Shown here: piece after piece, positions 1 to 8,950 of the stretch
How positions within the stretch are numbered: position 1 is the first letter of the stretch
Layout: every line of letters starts with the position of its first letter
The notes under the pieces: generated by a model
The model's input: the letters and a program-made list of their open reading frames with translations, nothing else
Told to the model about the DNA's origin: nothing
Databases searched by the model: none
Virus record (IMG/VR): IMGVR_UViG_2802429246_000002
Reading direction: 5' to 3' (one strand)
Length of the DNA: 47,096 nt
Origin: a virus
Taxonomy: Duplodnaviria; Heunggongvirae; Uroviricota; Caudoviricetes
Program-made: the position numbers and the translations under genes

Positions 1-159
1 CATTAAATTAATATATATATTTCAATTATATTTTTTATTAATTTATTATTCTGGTGAATTTTAATAAATTAAATCTATTCCTTTATCCGCAATACATTTA
101 CTTTCTTCTTTTGAGGATCTTAAATGTCTTATTTTTCGTAATGTGTACAACAAGGAATA
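1..159. promoter_or_regulatory. AT-rich upstream region of the first lipoprotein gene (putative promoter region)
   Basis: Very AT-rich non-coding stretch immediately upstream of the ORF starting at 160; no ORF. Confidence 0.3.
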
Positions 160-678
160 GTGATGAAATTTAAAAAATGTTTTCTGCCTGTGGCAATTTT
201 AGCGTCATTCACCCTGGCAGGATGCCAGTCAAATGCTGACGACCATGCCGCCGATGTCTATCAAACCGATCAACTGAATACAAAGCAAGAAACTAAAACC
301 GTTAATATTATCTCCATTCTTCCCGCAAAAGTTGCCGTAGATAACTCACAAAATAAACGGAATGCGCAAGCCTTTGGCGCACTTATTGGCGCTGTCGCAG
401 GCGGCGTTATCGGCCATAACGTTGGATCTGGTAGTAACTCCGGAACAACGGCTGGTGCAGTTGGTGGCGGAGCTGTAGGCGCGGCAGCGGGTACTATGGT
501 GAATGATAAAACCTTAGTGGAAGGTGTCTCTTTAACTTATAAGGAAGGCACCAAAGTGTACACCTCCACCCAGGTGGGTAAAGAATGCCAGTTCACAACG
601 GGTTTAGCCGTTGTTATTACCACCACTTATAACGAAACGCGTATTCAGCCAAATACAAAATGTCCTGAAAAGAGCTAA
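160..678 (+). CDS. yfgH: Outer-membrane lipoprotein, glycine-zipper type (YfgH-like)
   Basis: Signal peptide with lipobox LAGC; Gly/Ala-rich zipper GALIGAVAGGVIGHNVG; position two genes from guaA matches the E. coli yfgH-yfgI-guaA neighbourhood as recalled. Confidence 0.6.
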   Translation: MMKFKKCFLPVAILASFTLAGCQSNADDHAADVYQTDQLNTKQETKTVNIISILPAKVAVDNSQNKRNAQAFGALIGAVAGGVIGHNVGSGSNSGTTAGAVGGGAVGAAAGTMVNDKTLVEGVSLTYKEGTKVYTSTQVGKECQFTTGLAVVITTTYNETRIQPNTKCPEKS

Positions 679-693
679 CTATCAGGAGGACTC

Positions 694-1236
694 ATGAAGA
701 AAGTTTTTCTTTGCGCCGCCATATTAGCTGCTGTTAGTAGCCCGGCTTTCGCCTCTTCATTACAGGATCAACTCTCTGCGGTCGCAGAAGCTGAACAGCA
801 AGGCAAAAATGAAGAACAAAGGCAGCATGACGAATGGGTTGCGGAGCGCAACAGGGAAATCCAGCAAGAGAAGCAACGGCGCGCAAACGCTCAGGCCGCA
901 GCGAATAAAAGAGCGGCAGCAGCAGCAGCGGATAAAAAAGCTCGCCAGGATAAACGGGACGCCGAATTCACTGCGGATAAAAAGCGCGATCAAAGTTATG
1001 AAGATGAGCTGCGCAACTTAGAGATTCAGAAGCAAAAACTGGCGCTGGCAAAAGAAGAAGCGCGCGTTAAGCGTGAGAACGAATTTATCGATCAGGAACT
1101 GAAACACAAAGCAGCGCAAACCGATGTTGTACAATCTGAAGCTGACGCTAACAGGAATATGACTGAAGGTGGTCGTGATTTGATGAAAAGCGTGGGTAAA
1201 GCAGAAGAGAATAAATCAGACAGTTGGTTTAATTAA
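694..1236 (+). CDS. yfgI: Secreted coiled-coil protein (YfgI-like)
   Basis: N-terminal signal peptide AFASS; charged K/E/R/Q-rich helical body; RBS AGGAGG upstream; synteny with guaA. Confidence 0.55.
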   Translation: MKKVFLCAAILAAVSSPAFASSLQDQLSAVAEAEQQGKNEEQRQHDEWVAERNREIQQEKQRRANAQAAANKRAAAAAADKKARQDKRDAEFTADKKRDQSYEDELRNLEIQKQKLALAKEEARVKRENEFIDQELKHKAAQTDVVQSEADANRNMTEGGRDLMKSVGKAEENKSDSWFN

Positions 1237-1313
1237 TCGTCTTTCCACTACCAGGCCTGTAATTCGTGAGGATTATGGGCTTTTTAATTGCATAAAAAAA
1301 CCTCCAGTGGATG

Positions 1314-1330
1314 AACAGAGGGTTTTGTTA
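1314..1330. repeat. Putative attL core (direct repeat AACAGAGGGTTnTnTTA)
   Basis: aacagagggttttgtta here vs aacagagggttgtatta at 41854..41870; flanking sequence also shares cataaaaa and aacc motifs. Confidence 0.45.
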
Positions 1331-1488
1331 CCAAAATATGCTGAAGCCTCGTACGAATAGAAAACCTCAGCATTTAGTGTTCGGGTTTATTCCCACTAAA
1401 TTATTTACGACACACATAACCATTTGACTGATAACAACTTTCTGAAACCTGATTTTCACCGTACCGTTTTATATACCGTCACCGGAAA

Positions 1489-1986
1489 TCAGTGCCACGA
1501 TTTTTGCTTCTTCAGTGAATCGTATTGCTGTTCGCAGGATTCTCCTGCAATCCGATACTTTTCAGCCTCAGCTGCTGTTGCGTTGTAAACTCGGTTGCTT
1601 TCTTCAAGCATGTCGGCGAGCACACCGATGACCTTGCTGGCTGGCGTGCCAGTGGGGAAAGATCCGGTATAGTGTTCGGCGAGTCGCTTGGTTTTGTCAA
1701 GCTCGGCGCGCAGGCTGTCAGCAGCGGCATTAGCATGCTCAGCATCAACACGCGCCACATCGATACGGGATTGTGCTTCACGTTCAATTTGTGTTTTCTC
1801 CTGATCACGTTGTGACCTGGCCTTATCATCAGCCTGTTTCTGATCTTCCTGTGCCTGCGCATACCCGGCGTCGTACTGACGAATGCCGTGTGCATTCCAG
1901 GCTACAACTCCTGATATGACCAGAACAGCAAGCATCGCCATGATAACCAACTGTTTCCAGTATGCTTTTGCGAATGCCCAGATCAT
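1489..1986 (-). CDS. Rz-like inner-membrane spanin (i-spanin)
   Basis: N-terminal TM helix followed by long charged coiled coil; start overlaps endolysin stop (ATGA); last gene of lysis cassette. Confidence 0.7.
   Translation of the reverse strand: MIWAFAKAYWKQLVIMAMLAVLVISGVVAWNAHGIRQYDAGYAQAQEDQKQADDKARSQRDQEKTQIEREAQSRIDVARVDAEHANAAADSLRAELDKTKRLAEHYTGSFPTGTPASKVIGVLADMLEESNRVYNATAAEAEKYRIAGESCEQQYDSLKKQKSWH
1512..1763 (-). CDS. Rz1-like outer-membrane lipoprotein spanin embedded in the Rz frame
   Basis: Alternative frame inside the Rz gene encodes [17 protein letters not shown] (lipobox) followed by a Pro-rich segment; start codon choice uncertain. Confidence 0.5.
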   Translation of the reverse strand, partial: SMWRVLMLSMLMPLLTACAPSLTKPSDSPNTIPDLSPLARQPARSSVCSPTCLKKATEFTTQQQLRLKSIGLQENPANSNTIH

Positions 1987-2612
1987 AACGCCAGCACCTT
2001 ACTGGCAGTGATGTATCGCGCGCGCCGGTCATCAATGCCGTTCCGGCCACCATTGATAAGCAGAGTTACACGTGCAATATCTCCGGTATACTTCATGCAG
2101 CCTTTGCTGGAGAAGAACCACGCCGCGCTACGAGCCGCGTATTCGTCCTGCGCAAGCAGTTCAGGACTCTCCAGCAGGTCAACCTTAAGACCGTTTCCAC
2201 AGTCACGATAGTTATTCAAACCGGTAATCTGGATAAGTCCGCGCCCACGGTAGTTCCAGCCATCGCCAGGAGCATTGTTACCCATGCGTTTGCTGTACAC
2301 CAGATTGGCAATCGCTCTCTGGCGCTCAGGTGGCAATGGTGGTTCGCCTGCGCGTCGCCCCAATGCGTTGGCCTGTCCCTGAGTGAGACGCCCAGCCCGA
2401 ACAAAGTTAGCCAGTCCGCTGACGCTGTAGTTGAAATTTTCCTGCAACCGGGTGAAACCTCCAGACTCATGCCCGACCTGAGCAATAAACATTGCCTGAT
2501 CTTCTGGTTTGCTGATACCAAACTCTTTCATCGCAGAAGTTATATGCGAGAACCAGCGTGCGGCCAGCGCCTCGCTAATACCAGCAGCTCGCTGGAATTG
2601 TTTAATCTCCAT
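1983..2612 (-). CDS. Endolysin, glycoside hydrolase family 19 (chitinase-like)
   Basis: Motifs [10 protein letters not shown]...[12 protein letters not shown]...YGGRN typical of GH19 phage endolysins; start taken at MEIKQFQ (internal Met of the longer track ORF). Confidence 0.8.
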   Translation of the reverse strand: MEIKQFQRAAGISEALAARWFSHITSAMKEFGISKPEDQAMFIAQVGHESGGFTRLQENFNYSVSGLANFVRAGRLTQGQANALGRRAGEPPLPPERQRAIANLVYSKRMGNNAPGDGWNYRGRGLIQITGLNNYRDCGNGLKVDLLESPELLAQDEYAARSAAWFFSSKGCMKYTGDIARVTLLINGGRNGIDDRRARYITASKVLAL

Positions 2613-2805
2613 GTTTAGACCTCGATACTTTAAAAATTTGAACGACGTTACCGCGCGTTTTAATAACCGCAGCGAGCATGACAGCGTTGATAATGACCTC
2701 AGATAAATCCACAGCCATTGGCGTGCGGAACCAGATTGCATAGGCAACACGAACCGGAATACTGGCCGCAGCAACAATCAGGAAATAAGCAAGCCACCCC
2801 CCCAT
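2602..2805 (-). CDS. Small two-TM protein, possible holin/antiholin component
   Basis: 67 aa with two hydrophobic helices; sits between holin-like gene and endolysin; weak RBS. Confidence 0.3.
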   Translation of the reverse strand: MGGWLAYFLIVAAASIPVRVAYAIWFRTPMAVDLSEVIINAVMLAAVIKTRGNVVQIFKVSRSKHGD

Positions 2806-2895
2806 CTTCGATGTTGAGATCCGTTACGCCGGAATGTGACAACACGAATTGCTATGCCAGTACAAATAACTGCATTGGTGATAAGCAAAAAAAAC

Positions 2896-3300
2896 TCATG
2901 CGTTACCATCGTCTTTTCTCCCCGGAATTAACTCGCGTGGATTATCGGAACGGTGGTAGAGCCATATACCAATACGCACAGCAACAATTGCTGACACGAA
3001 TGCGCCAGCAGAGAAAACAATCCCTTTTTCAAAAGAGTCCTGCGTGATAGTAGGGATCAGGCTGGCTATGCCGATAAGAATTGATGCTGCTGGTTTATAA
3101 AAAAGAAGGCCGCAGAGAAAGCTAAGCATCGACAAGAGTACACGACGACGAATGGGATACTCTACCGCAGAGGTAACAAAAATTACCGCTCCAGCCAAAG
3201 CCCCCAAAGCAACCTCAGGAGGAACTCCTGCTATCACCGCCGCCAGAGAACTCATGCTAAGCCACTGATTTAAAGTTTCACTGGTTAGTTGAGCTGACAT
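2896..3300 (-). CDS. Putative holin (multi-TM, charged C-terminus)
   Basis: About four predicted TM helices and a charged C-terminal tail; directly upstream of endolysin; start taken at ATG 3300 with GGTGGA RBS rather than the track GTG at 3309. Confidence 0.5.
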   Translation of the reverse strand: MSAQLTSETLNQWLSMSSLAAVIAGVPPEVALGALAGAVIFVTSAVEYPIRRRVLLSMLSFLCGLLFYKPAASILIGIASLIPTITQDSFEKGIVFSAGAFVSAIVAVRIGIWLYHRSDNPRELIPGRKDDGNA

Positions 3301-3491
3301 GTTTTCCACCGTTTATATGCATAACTACCTCCTGAACAGTAAAGCATTATGCATGATAAACCATTTATGGTTTTTTGTTACTTCAACATCGTCAATCCCC
3401 TGTTTTCATGCCGATAATAAGGCTCACCTTTTACATAACACTGAAGAAACAACAGTACAGAAATGATTCAAACTATGGAGATCGGGTTGAA

Positions 3492-3516
3492 TACCGCGCC
3501 ATCAAATGGCGCGGTA
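3492..3516. other. Perfect 10-bp stem-loop (taccgcgcca-tcaaa-tggcgcggta)
   Basis: Read directly in sequence between the small membrane gene stop and the holin gene; no adjacent U-tract on either strand. Confidence 0.5.
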
Positions 3517-3520
3517 GCGA

Positions 3521-3817
3521 TCAAATAGAGAAATAAATACAAAAACAAAAAATGACAGGAACAGCAAAATCCAACAGACTTCCCACATCCCACACGCGTG
3601 GGTCAAAACCTCCCCACCATGGCATGTTGATACGTTTCCCTTTCCCAAACTTTTCTATCCAGCGATATTCTGCCTGGGTGTGTTCACGCGCAATGAAGAA
3701 CGTACAACCGGCTATCGCACCGTAAGCCCAGTTTCCTGTTATTATTCCGAAGAAACATTGCACAATTATTGATGCAATAGCATGGACAAAAGGAGAATAG
3801 TCAATATTATTCATCAT
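3521..3817 (-). CDS. Small integral membrane protein (unknown function) downstream of tailspike
   Basis: About 99 aa from MMNNIDY; 2-3 hydrophobic helices; AT-rich codon usage. Confidence 0.5.
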   Translation of the reverse strand: MMNNIDYSPFVHAIASIIVQCFFGIITGNWAYGAIAGCTFFIAREHTQAEYRWIEKFGKGKRINMPWWGGFDPRVWDVGSLLDFAVPVIFCFCIYFSI

Positions 3818-3846
3818 AACACCTTCATGAATAAACCATATTCTGC

Positions 3847-6588
3847 TTACACAGCACAAATCCTGATCGTTGCTGTGATATCAGTTTCAGTGCCATTATT
3901 GAGATATAACCTACCGCCTACAATTGACATCCCAATTTTGGTAGAAACTTCTTCATCTGCAGATGTCACCACCACGTTTGTTTTATTGTAATTACCAAGC
4001 GGAGATTCATCAGTCGAATGCCCTGGCCTCAATATCATTCCTACACCTGCAAAGAAATTAGGGTTCCCATTATTTATAACATCCACACAATAAGATAATG
4101 CGCTTTTACTAAGTGGGATGGATTGACTTGTATGTGCCTTAACCCACATTTCCCATACGTATTCACTTTTACGTATCGCCCCCTCACATGAACCAGATGC
4201 ATGGAATAACTTTCCTGATGATACAGTGTTATTGGTGCCAACAAGAATCATCTGATTTCCACCACCAAAGCCAAAGTTATCACCAAGAGATGGTCCACCA
4301 TTAATCCTTAACATATATGCATCAGTACTGCCTGATGAGGCGTCAGAGTTATCTATATATACAGTGCAATCACTTATAAGAACGCCATCAATCTTATCTG
4401 GCGCAACAGTATTAGTTTGGACAACGACGAACTCTCTGGTGGTAGATTTTGCCGAACAACCTTTAATAATTGTTGGTGTTTCAAGAGTATATGTTTGAGT
4501 AATAAAAATGAAATTACTAGGACGAAGCTTCCGATTAACAGCATTTGTTGCTTTCCACCATTTATTGCTTGATTCGGTTGTTTCGCTAAAGCCATCAATA
4601 TAGTGAGTATCGGTAATAGTAATTCCGCTACCATAATACAAACGAATCGGAAGGTTGCTAAATCCTCTAATCTCGCAACCAGATACTATCTCATTAAAAC
4701 CACGTATAGTTGCGCCATAAAAACAGTCAACTGCCACATTGTCTTTATATTTAGACTCTGCGGCACCACCATGACTACCAAACCCATAGGAAAATTCAGT
4801 CCATCCTTCCGATGGAAATATAATCCCACCAGTATAACCAGTTCCGCCACCACGCATTGTAATGTTGGTTACATTATTGTAGAGAGAACTCCAGTTACTC
4901 CCTCCAATATCAACACCACGCCTACAACAAGATGCATTGATATTGTCCACAGTGCAGTAACTGCTATTGGAAACAGAAACAGCATTACCTGTACCACCAT
5001 CACCATTGAAAACTCTATTGATTCCATACAGAGATGTATCACGAACAGTGCATCTTAAGCAGCCTAACAAGGTAATCCCAGCATTCGGGAAATTTTCCAC
5101 ACTAGCGAAACTGGCAATACCGTTTACGCAATATTCGAAGACAACCCCATCATAAGCTTTTTGTCCGCTAGTTGCATTGGTAACTAACCCGTGTATCGTC
5201 CCAACATGAAAATCTCCAGAAATATTAAATGTAGCAGGATAGACAGCCCAGGCCTCAGCTTGCCTAACCAAACGAAATGTATCTCCTGCAGCAGGTTTAT
5301 TTGGGAATCCAGTGTCAGCATTACTACCAATAGTAAATGTTTTTGTGTCATCATCATATGCTGTAACCATTTTGGTTATACCAGCATTATCTCCCGTTAA
5401 TCCAAGAATTTTATAGAGTGCATCACGAGGTGGTGATGTCACTGAGAAATTTGTAGATGTAAATGATTGCCCACTAGATGCGCCAGTAACTGTAACTGTA
5501 ATATTCCCTCCTGAACGGTAGTAATAATATGCATCCTGATCTAATGTCACATTATTTCCACTAAGTGAAACGACTTCAACAATTTGCCCTTCCTGCCAAC
5601 TTCCTCGGTTATCTCCACGAACAAGGTGGTTATTACGAATAACAAGCAAATCTCCGACAGAAATATCAGACACATCATCAAGAGTCACAGTCTTTTCGCC
5701 CAATGATATATCTCTCGTTATGAAATTATGCAATTTAGTACTTGCAATTCCACCAAGCTTTATTGCTGAACCTTCATATCCTACAACATTATTTGTGCAG
5801 AGCAATTCAACCTTTCCTGATGCCACCCAATCGAAGCAACCATATGGAATGGAAATATCTATTTGTGAAAACAGGTACTTTCCTGCTGTCCATTCCAAAC
5901 GCTTTCCGTTAGATGCGCAGTAAATGATGGCATTTGTTATTGCGTCTGTATCGTCAGTAATGCCATCCCCTTTTGCACCAAAATCGCGAACATTGACGAT
6001 ATCCCGCATCTTATCCTGGAACGTTCTGTATACTGCTCCAGAACCATACTGAATAAACAAACCAAAACCACCAACAACTCCGGCGATTGCAGCATCGACA
6101 TAATTACGCATTGAGCGATTATTTACAGCATCCTGCTCAAGTGATGGATCTGCAAGGTTAGAAATTCTGTTTTGTTTTGCATCGTAATATTTTGCAAGCA
6201 GAGAGGGCTTCATCAATGCACGTCTGAACCACCCAAAACATTGCTGGATCAGCATCGTCAGATAGTCAAAGGCATCCTCATGCACTTCGGGGAAAAATTT
6301 TCCCTGATTGCGAAGGTCTGTCTCCTGCACTACATCAAGCACACGATCTATCGTAATTCGCCATCCAGCAGCAAGCGGAGACGGAAGAACCACAGAACCG
6401 CCACTATAAGTGCCCGCCCCAGTTACCGTATAACCGGTATCCAGAACCAATTCTGTTACGTTCCCGTTCAGGTCAGACACCTGAACAACCAGGTCTGATT
6501 TTCTGAAAATTCGAAAAGTATACGGAAACGATGTCGTAACGCCGTTACCTGTGTATTCGTTGTGGTCAACTTCGGTTGAGACCGTCAT
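3847..6588 (-). CDS. Tailspike protein with pectate-lyase-like beta-helix (probable polysaccharide depolymerase)
   Basis: 913 aa; conserved podovirus tailspike N-terminal head-binding region; RDFGAKGDGITDDTDAI beta-helix motif; Ser/Thr/Gly/Asn-rich repetitive body. Confidence 0.8.
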   Translation of the reverse strand: MTVSTEVDHNEYTGNGVTTSFPYTFRIFRKSDLVVQVSDLNGNVTELVLDTGYTVTGAGTYSGGSVVLPSPLAAGWRITIDRVLDVVQETDLRNQGKFFPEVHEDAFDYLTMLIQQCFGWFRRALMKPSLLAKYYDAKQNRISNLADPSLEQDAVNNRSMRNYVDAAIAGVVGGFGLFIQYGSGAVYRTFQDKMRDIVNVRDFGAKGDGITDDTDAITNAIIYCASNGKRLEWTAGKYLFSQIDISIPYGCFDWVASGKVELLCTNNVVGYEGSAIKLGGIASTKLHNFITRDISLGEKTVTLDDVSDISVGDLLVIRNNHLVRGDNRGSWQEGQIVEVVSLSGNNVTLDQDAYYYYRSGGNITVTVTGASSGQSFTSTNFSVTSPPRDALYKILGLTGDNAGITKMVTAYDDDTKTFTIGSNADTGFPNKPAAGDTFRLVRQAEAWAVYPATFNISGDFHVGTIHGLVTNATSGQKAYDGVVFEYCVNGIASFASVENFPNAGITLLGCLRCTVRDTSLYGINRVFNGDGGTGNAVSVSNSSYCTVDNINASCCRRGVDIGGSNWSSLYNNVTNITMRGGGTGYTGGIIFPSEGWTEFSYGFGSHGGAAESKYKDNVAVDCFYGATIRGFNEIVSGCEIRGFSNLPIRLYYGSGITITDTHYIDGFSETTESSNKWWKATNAVNRKLRPSNFIFITQTYTLETPTIIKGCSAKSTTREFVVVQTNTVAPDKIDGVLISDCTVYIDNSDASSGSTDAYMLRINGGPSLGDNFGFGGGNQMILVGTNNTVSSGKLFHASGSCEGAIRKSEYVWEMWVKAHTSQSIPLSKSALSYCVDVINNGNPNFFAGVGMILRPGHSTDESPLGNYNKTNVVVTSADEEVSTKIGMSIVGGRLYLNNGTETDITATIRICAV

Positions 6589-6691
6589 GTTAAATCTCCA
6601 GATAGTCGCAGCACCCGTTGCGCCGCATATCTGGTTATTCTATTACCTGAAAAACCACATATGGATAGAAAGACTGTAAATACGAATAGAT

Positions 6692-6708
6692 ATTACCTTT
6701 CAGGTAAT
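6692..6708. promoter_or_regulatory. 17-bp inverted repeat attacct-ttc-aggtaat (operator-like site A)
   Basis: Exact 7-bp arms, reverse complements of each other; member of a family of at least 13 sites. Confidence 0.6.
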
Positions 6709-6744
6709 TTGCAAAACGTGCTGGATAGCAAACAAATTATTTGC

Positions 6745-6764
6745 TACTGTATAAATATACAGTT
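6745..6764. promoter_or_regulatory. Putative LexA (SOS) box TACTGTATAAATATACAGTT
   Basis: CTGT-N8-ACAG with AT-rich spacer, near-consensus, about 20 bp upstream of the ATG at 6784 with GGAG RBS in between. Confidence 0.7.
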
Positions 6765-6783
6765 ATTGCATGGAGAAGATAAG

Positions 6784-7041
6784 ATGCAGCAGTATCACTA
6801 TCCACTGGAAGACGGATTTACCGAAAGGATTCACACGCCGGGAGGCGTCAGATCACTGGTGGAGGGATCGCACTTGATGAAATTACTCCGGGATCTCGAT
6901 AAGGATGGATTTAATGTCGATGGCCCACTTGCCGAACTGACTGCACTGATTAACTACGTCACCAGCTCACAGATGTCTATGCAGGATCTGCAAACACATC
7001 TCGACTATTGTGCCGAACAATTACGAAAACAAACCCGGTAA
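6784..7041 (+). CDS. Small antirepressor-like protein (homolog of the C-terminal domain of the antirepressor at 8190..8885)
   Basis: 85 aa from MQQYHYPLEDGF; aligns with C-terminus of the 8190 ORF (Y..PL..G...IH.P.GV..L.E.S.LM.LL..L..DG..V.G..AELT); LexA box upstream. Confidence 0.6.
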   Translation: MQQYHYPLEDGFTERIHTPGGVRSLVEGSHLMKLLRDLDKDGFNVDGPLAELTALINYVTSSQMSMQDLQTHLDYCAEQLRKQTR

Positions 7042-7063
7042 ATTTAAAGGCCGCAAGAGCGGC

Positions 7064-7792
7064 CTATCGTTTCGCTTTGTGCTCGTCCCAGCACGTTTTG
7101 CACCATGCCATTAAGCCGTCCGCATTTTGATTATTAGGGTAAAAGCTGGTTCGTTTTCTGCGGACATTACAAATTGGGCACCACTTCATATGACGTGTAT
7201 TCTTTGGGCCATCGAGACACCTTGCACACCACTTAGTCAATCCATCTGGATTTTTTGACGATTTCCTGAATTTTTCATATGGAAGGTTTATTCTGCATCG
7301 CAAGCACTGCTTGCTACCGCTTGAAACTCTGTTAGCTGATTCTTCTTTTGGCGGCGATACAGAAGATATTCTTGCTGGCTCTGATACTGCCTGAGGTGCT
7401 TTTTTAAATGACTGAGACGATATGTCATCACCAGGGAATCTTCCATGATATGCCGGACGCGTTGACACTCCAGGTGGAAGCTCAGCTGTAAACGGCTTTG
7501 GCTGAATCAGTTGCCTCTCTTTTGCTAACTCCTGCTGTTTATAATATGTCTGGATTACCGCACTATCATAAGCAGGAGGTGCGGAAATATTAGGCGCATT
7601 ACCTCCAGTTTTTTGAAACTGAGTAGAGGTGTGTTCTATCACCTGTGTACGATTAATCGTTATCTCCCCATCTTCGGTCTTTATCGTTTTGTTATGATTA
7701 ACGACCGTACGATCAGAGATCTTAGTCTTGTTCTGGTTGATAACGTAAATAATCACCGTAACCACACCAACAACTATCCAGAAAACTTCCAT
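7064..7792 (-). CDS. Membrane-anchored protein with Pro-rich linker and tandem C-terminal zinc-ribbon repeats
   Basis: N-terminal TM helix; two repeats of C-x2-C-x(13-17)-DGL-x2-WC-x2-C; GAGGAA RBS; operator-like site 20 bp upstream. Confidence 0.6.
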   Translation of the reverse strand: MEVFWIVVGVVTVIIYVINQNKTKISDRTVVNHNKTIKTEDGEITINRTQVIEHTSTQFQKTGGNAPNISAPPAYDSAVIQTYYKQQELAKERQLIQPKPFTAELPPGVSTRPAYHGRFPGDDISSQSFKKAPQAVSEPARISSVSPPKEESANRVSSGSKQCLRCRINLPYEKFRKSSKNPDGLTKWCARCLDGPKNTRHMKWCPICNVRRKRTSFYPNNQNADGLMAWCKTCWDEHKAKR

Positions 7793-7811
7793 TGCTTTTC
7801 CTCACAATAAC

Positions 7812-7828
7812 ATTACCTTAAAGGTAAT
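7812..7828. promoter_or_regulatory. 17-bp inverted repeat attacct-taa-aggtaat (site B)
   Basis: Exact arms; about 20 bp upstream of the minus-strand gene starting at 7792. Confidence 0.6.
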
Positions 7829-7904
7829 ATCTTGCTTTCAGGTGATCAAGCATTAAACGCAACCAACCAAATACGGTTGATTTTAATATTTATTCGCGTT
7901 TATC

Positions 7905-7921
7905 ATTACCTTTGCGGTAAA
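7905..7921. promoter_or_regulatory. 17-bp inverted repeat attacct-ttg-cggtaaa (site B2)
   Basis: Same motif family with one arm mismatch. Confidence 0.5.
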
Positions 7922-8189
7922 TTTACATCGCACTCCTCTTGTGCCATAGTAATCGGGCACTGGCAAAATCCAGTGCCGGGATTGGCGTCCCGGATTACTA
8001 AAAGGCGCATTCACCGCGCAAGCGGTTTTTTTATGCGTATAGCACGGCCACATTCGTATTATGGTGGGCTGTGTGGGGGCACCGAAAGGTGCGCCGGGTC
8101 CTTTTAGCCGGTTACGCCAACCCTGCACAGTTCACCACCAACCGATTGGCGTCGGTAGTGGTGATTAACCAGACTAAAAGGTAACCACT

Positions 8190-8885
8190 ATGACAGCTAC
8201 AAAAAGCACGTCCATTTTTTCTTTCGAATCCCAAGCCGATATACGGGTAATCGTCATTAATGGTGAGCCATGGTTTATCGCTTCAGATGTTTGTCGGGCT
8301 ATAGGCATAGCAAACCATCGAGATGCTGTTCGAAAACTTGATGATGATGAGAAGGGCGTCGCTTCAACCGACACCCCTGGCGGTGAGCAAGAATCGATCA
8401 TTATCTCCGAGTCAGGCCTCTACACACTGATCCTCCGCTGCCGCGATGCGGTGACACCAGGCACTATCCCCTACCGCTTTCGTAAATGGGTTACAGGTGA
8501 GGTTCTTCCTCAGATCCGCCGCACCGGAAGTTACATTAAAAACTCGCTCCCGCAGGAAGAACGCATAAAGATGGTTGCCGACCAGGTTGCCAACGCCACG
8601 GCGTCAGCAGTAATGCAGGCGATGAAGATAGAGAACAAAACCTACAGCGCCCCGCTGAAGCCAGGATACCGCAGTCTGATTCACTCGCCGTCTGGTGTTC
8701 TCGGCCTGACGGAGAACTCACTGCTGATGAATCTGCTGAACCAGTTACAGGAAGACGGGCATGATGTATCGGGCGCGGCGGCGGAGCTGACCACCATGTT
8801 CTGCTACATCGTCGGTGTGAGTAAATGCCTGCGTGATATCCAGACGCATGCGGAGTACATCAACGACAAGGCTGGGTTCTTCTGA
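8190..8885 (+). CDS. Antirepressor (Bro-N/KilA-type N-terminal domain + Ant C-terminal domain)
   Basis: N-terminal IRVIVINGEPWFIASDVCRAIG...ISESGLYTLILRCRD resembles Bro-N; C-terminal domain homologous to the 6784..7041 ORF. Confidence 0.7.
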   Translation: MTATKSTSIFSFESQADIRVIVINGEPWFIASDVCRAIGIANHRDAVRKLDDDEKGVASTDTPGGEQESIIISESGLYTLILRCRDAVTPGTIPYRFRKWVTGEVLPQIRRTGSYIKNSLPQEERIKMVADQVANATASAVMQAMKIENKTYSAPLKPGYRSLIHSPSGVLGLTENSLLMNLLNQLQEDGHDVSGAAAELTTMFCYIVGVSKCLRDIQTHAEYINDKAGFF

Positions 8886-8950
8886 CGGGCGGCGGCACAG
8901 GGATGTGCCTTTAAAATAATCATTGGCGATGTGATGTAGATTCGCGTAAT

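Noticed and set aside
7832-8107. 91-aa plus-strand ORF upstream of the antirepressor
   Set aside because: It overlaps strong stem-loops and a terminator-like hairpin, and its composition is implausible for a protein; more likely a non-coding leader.
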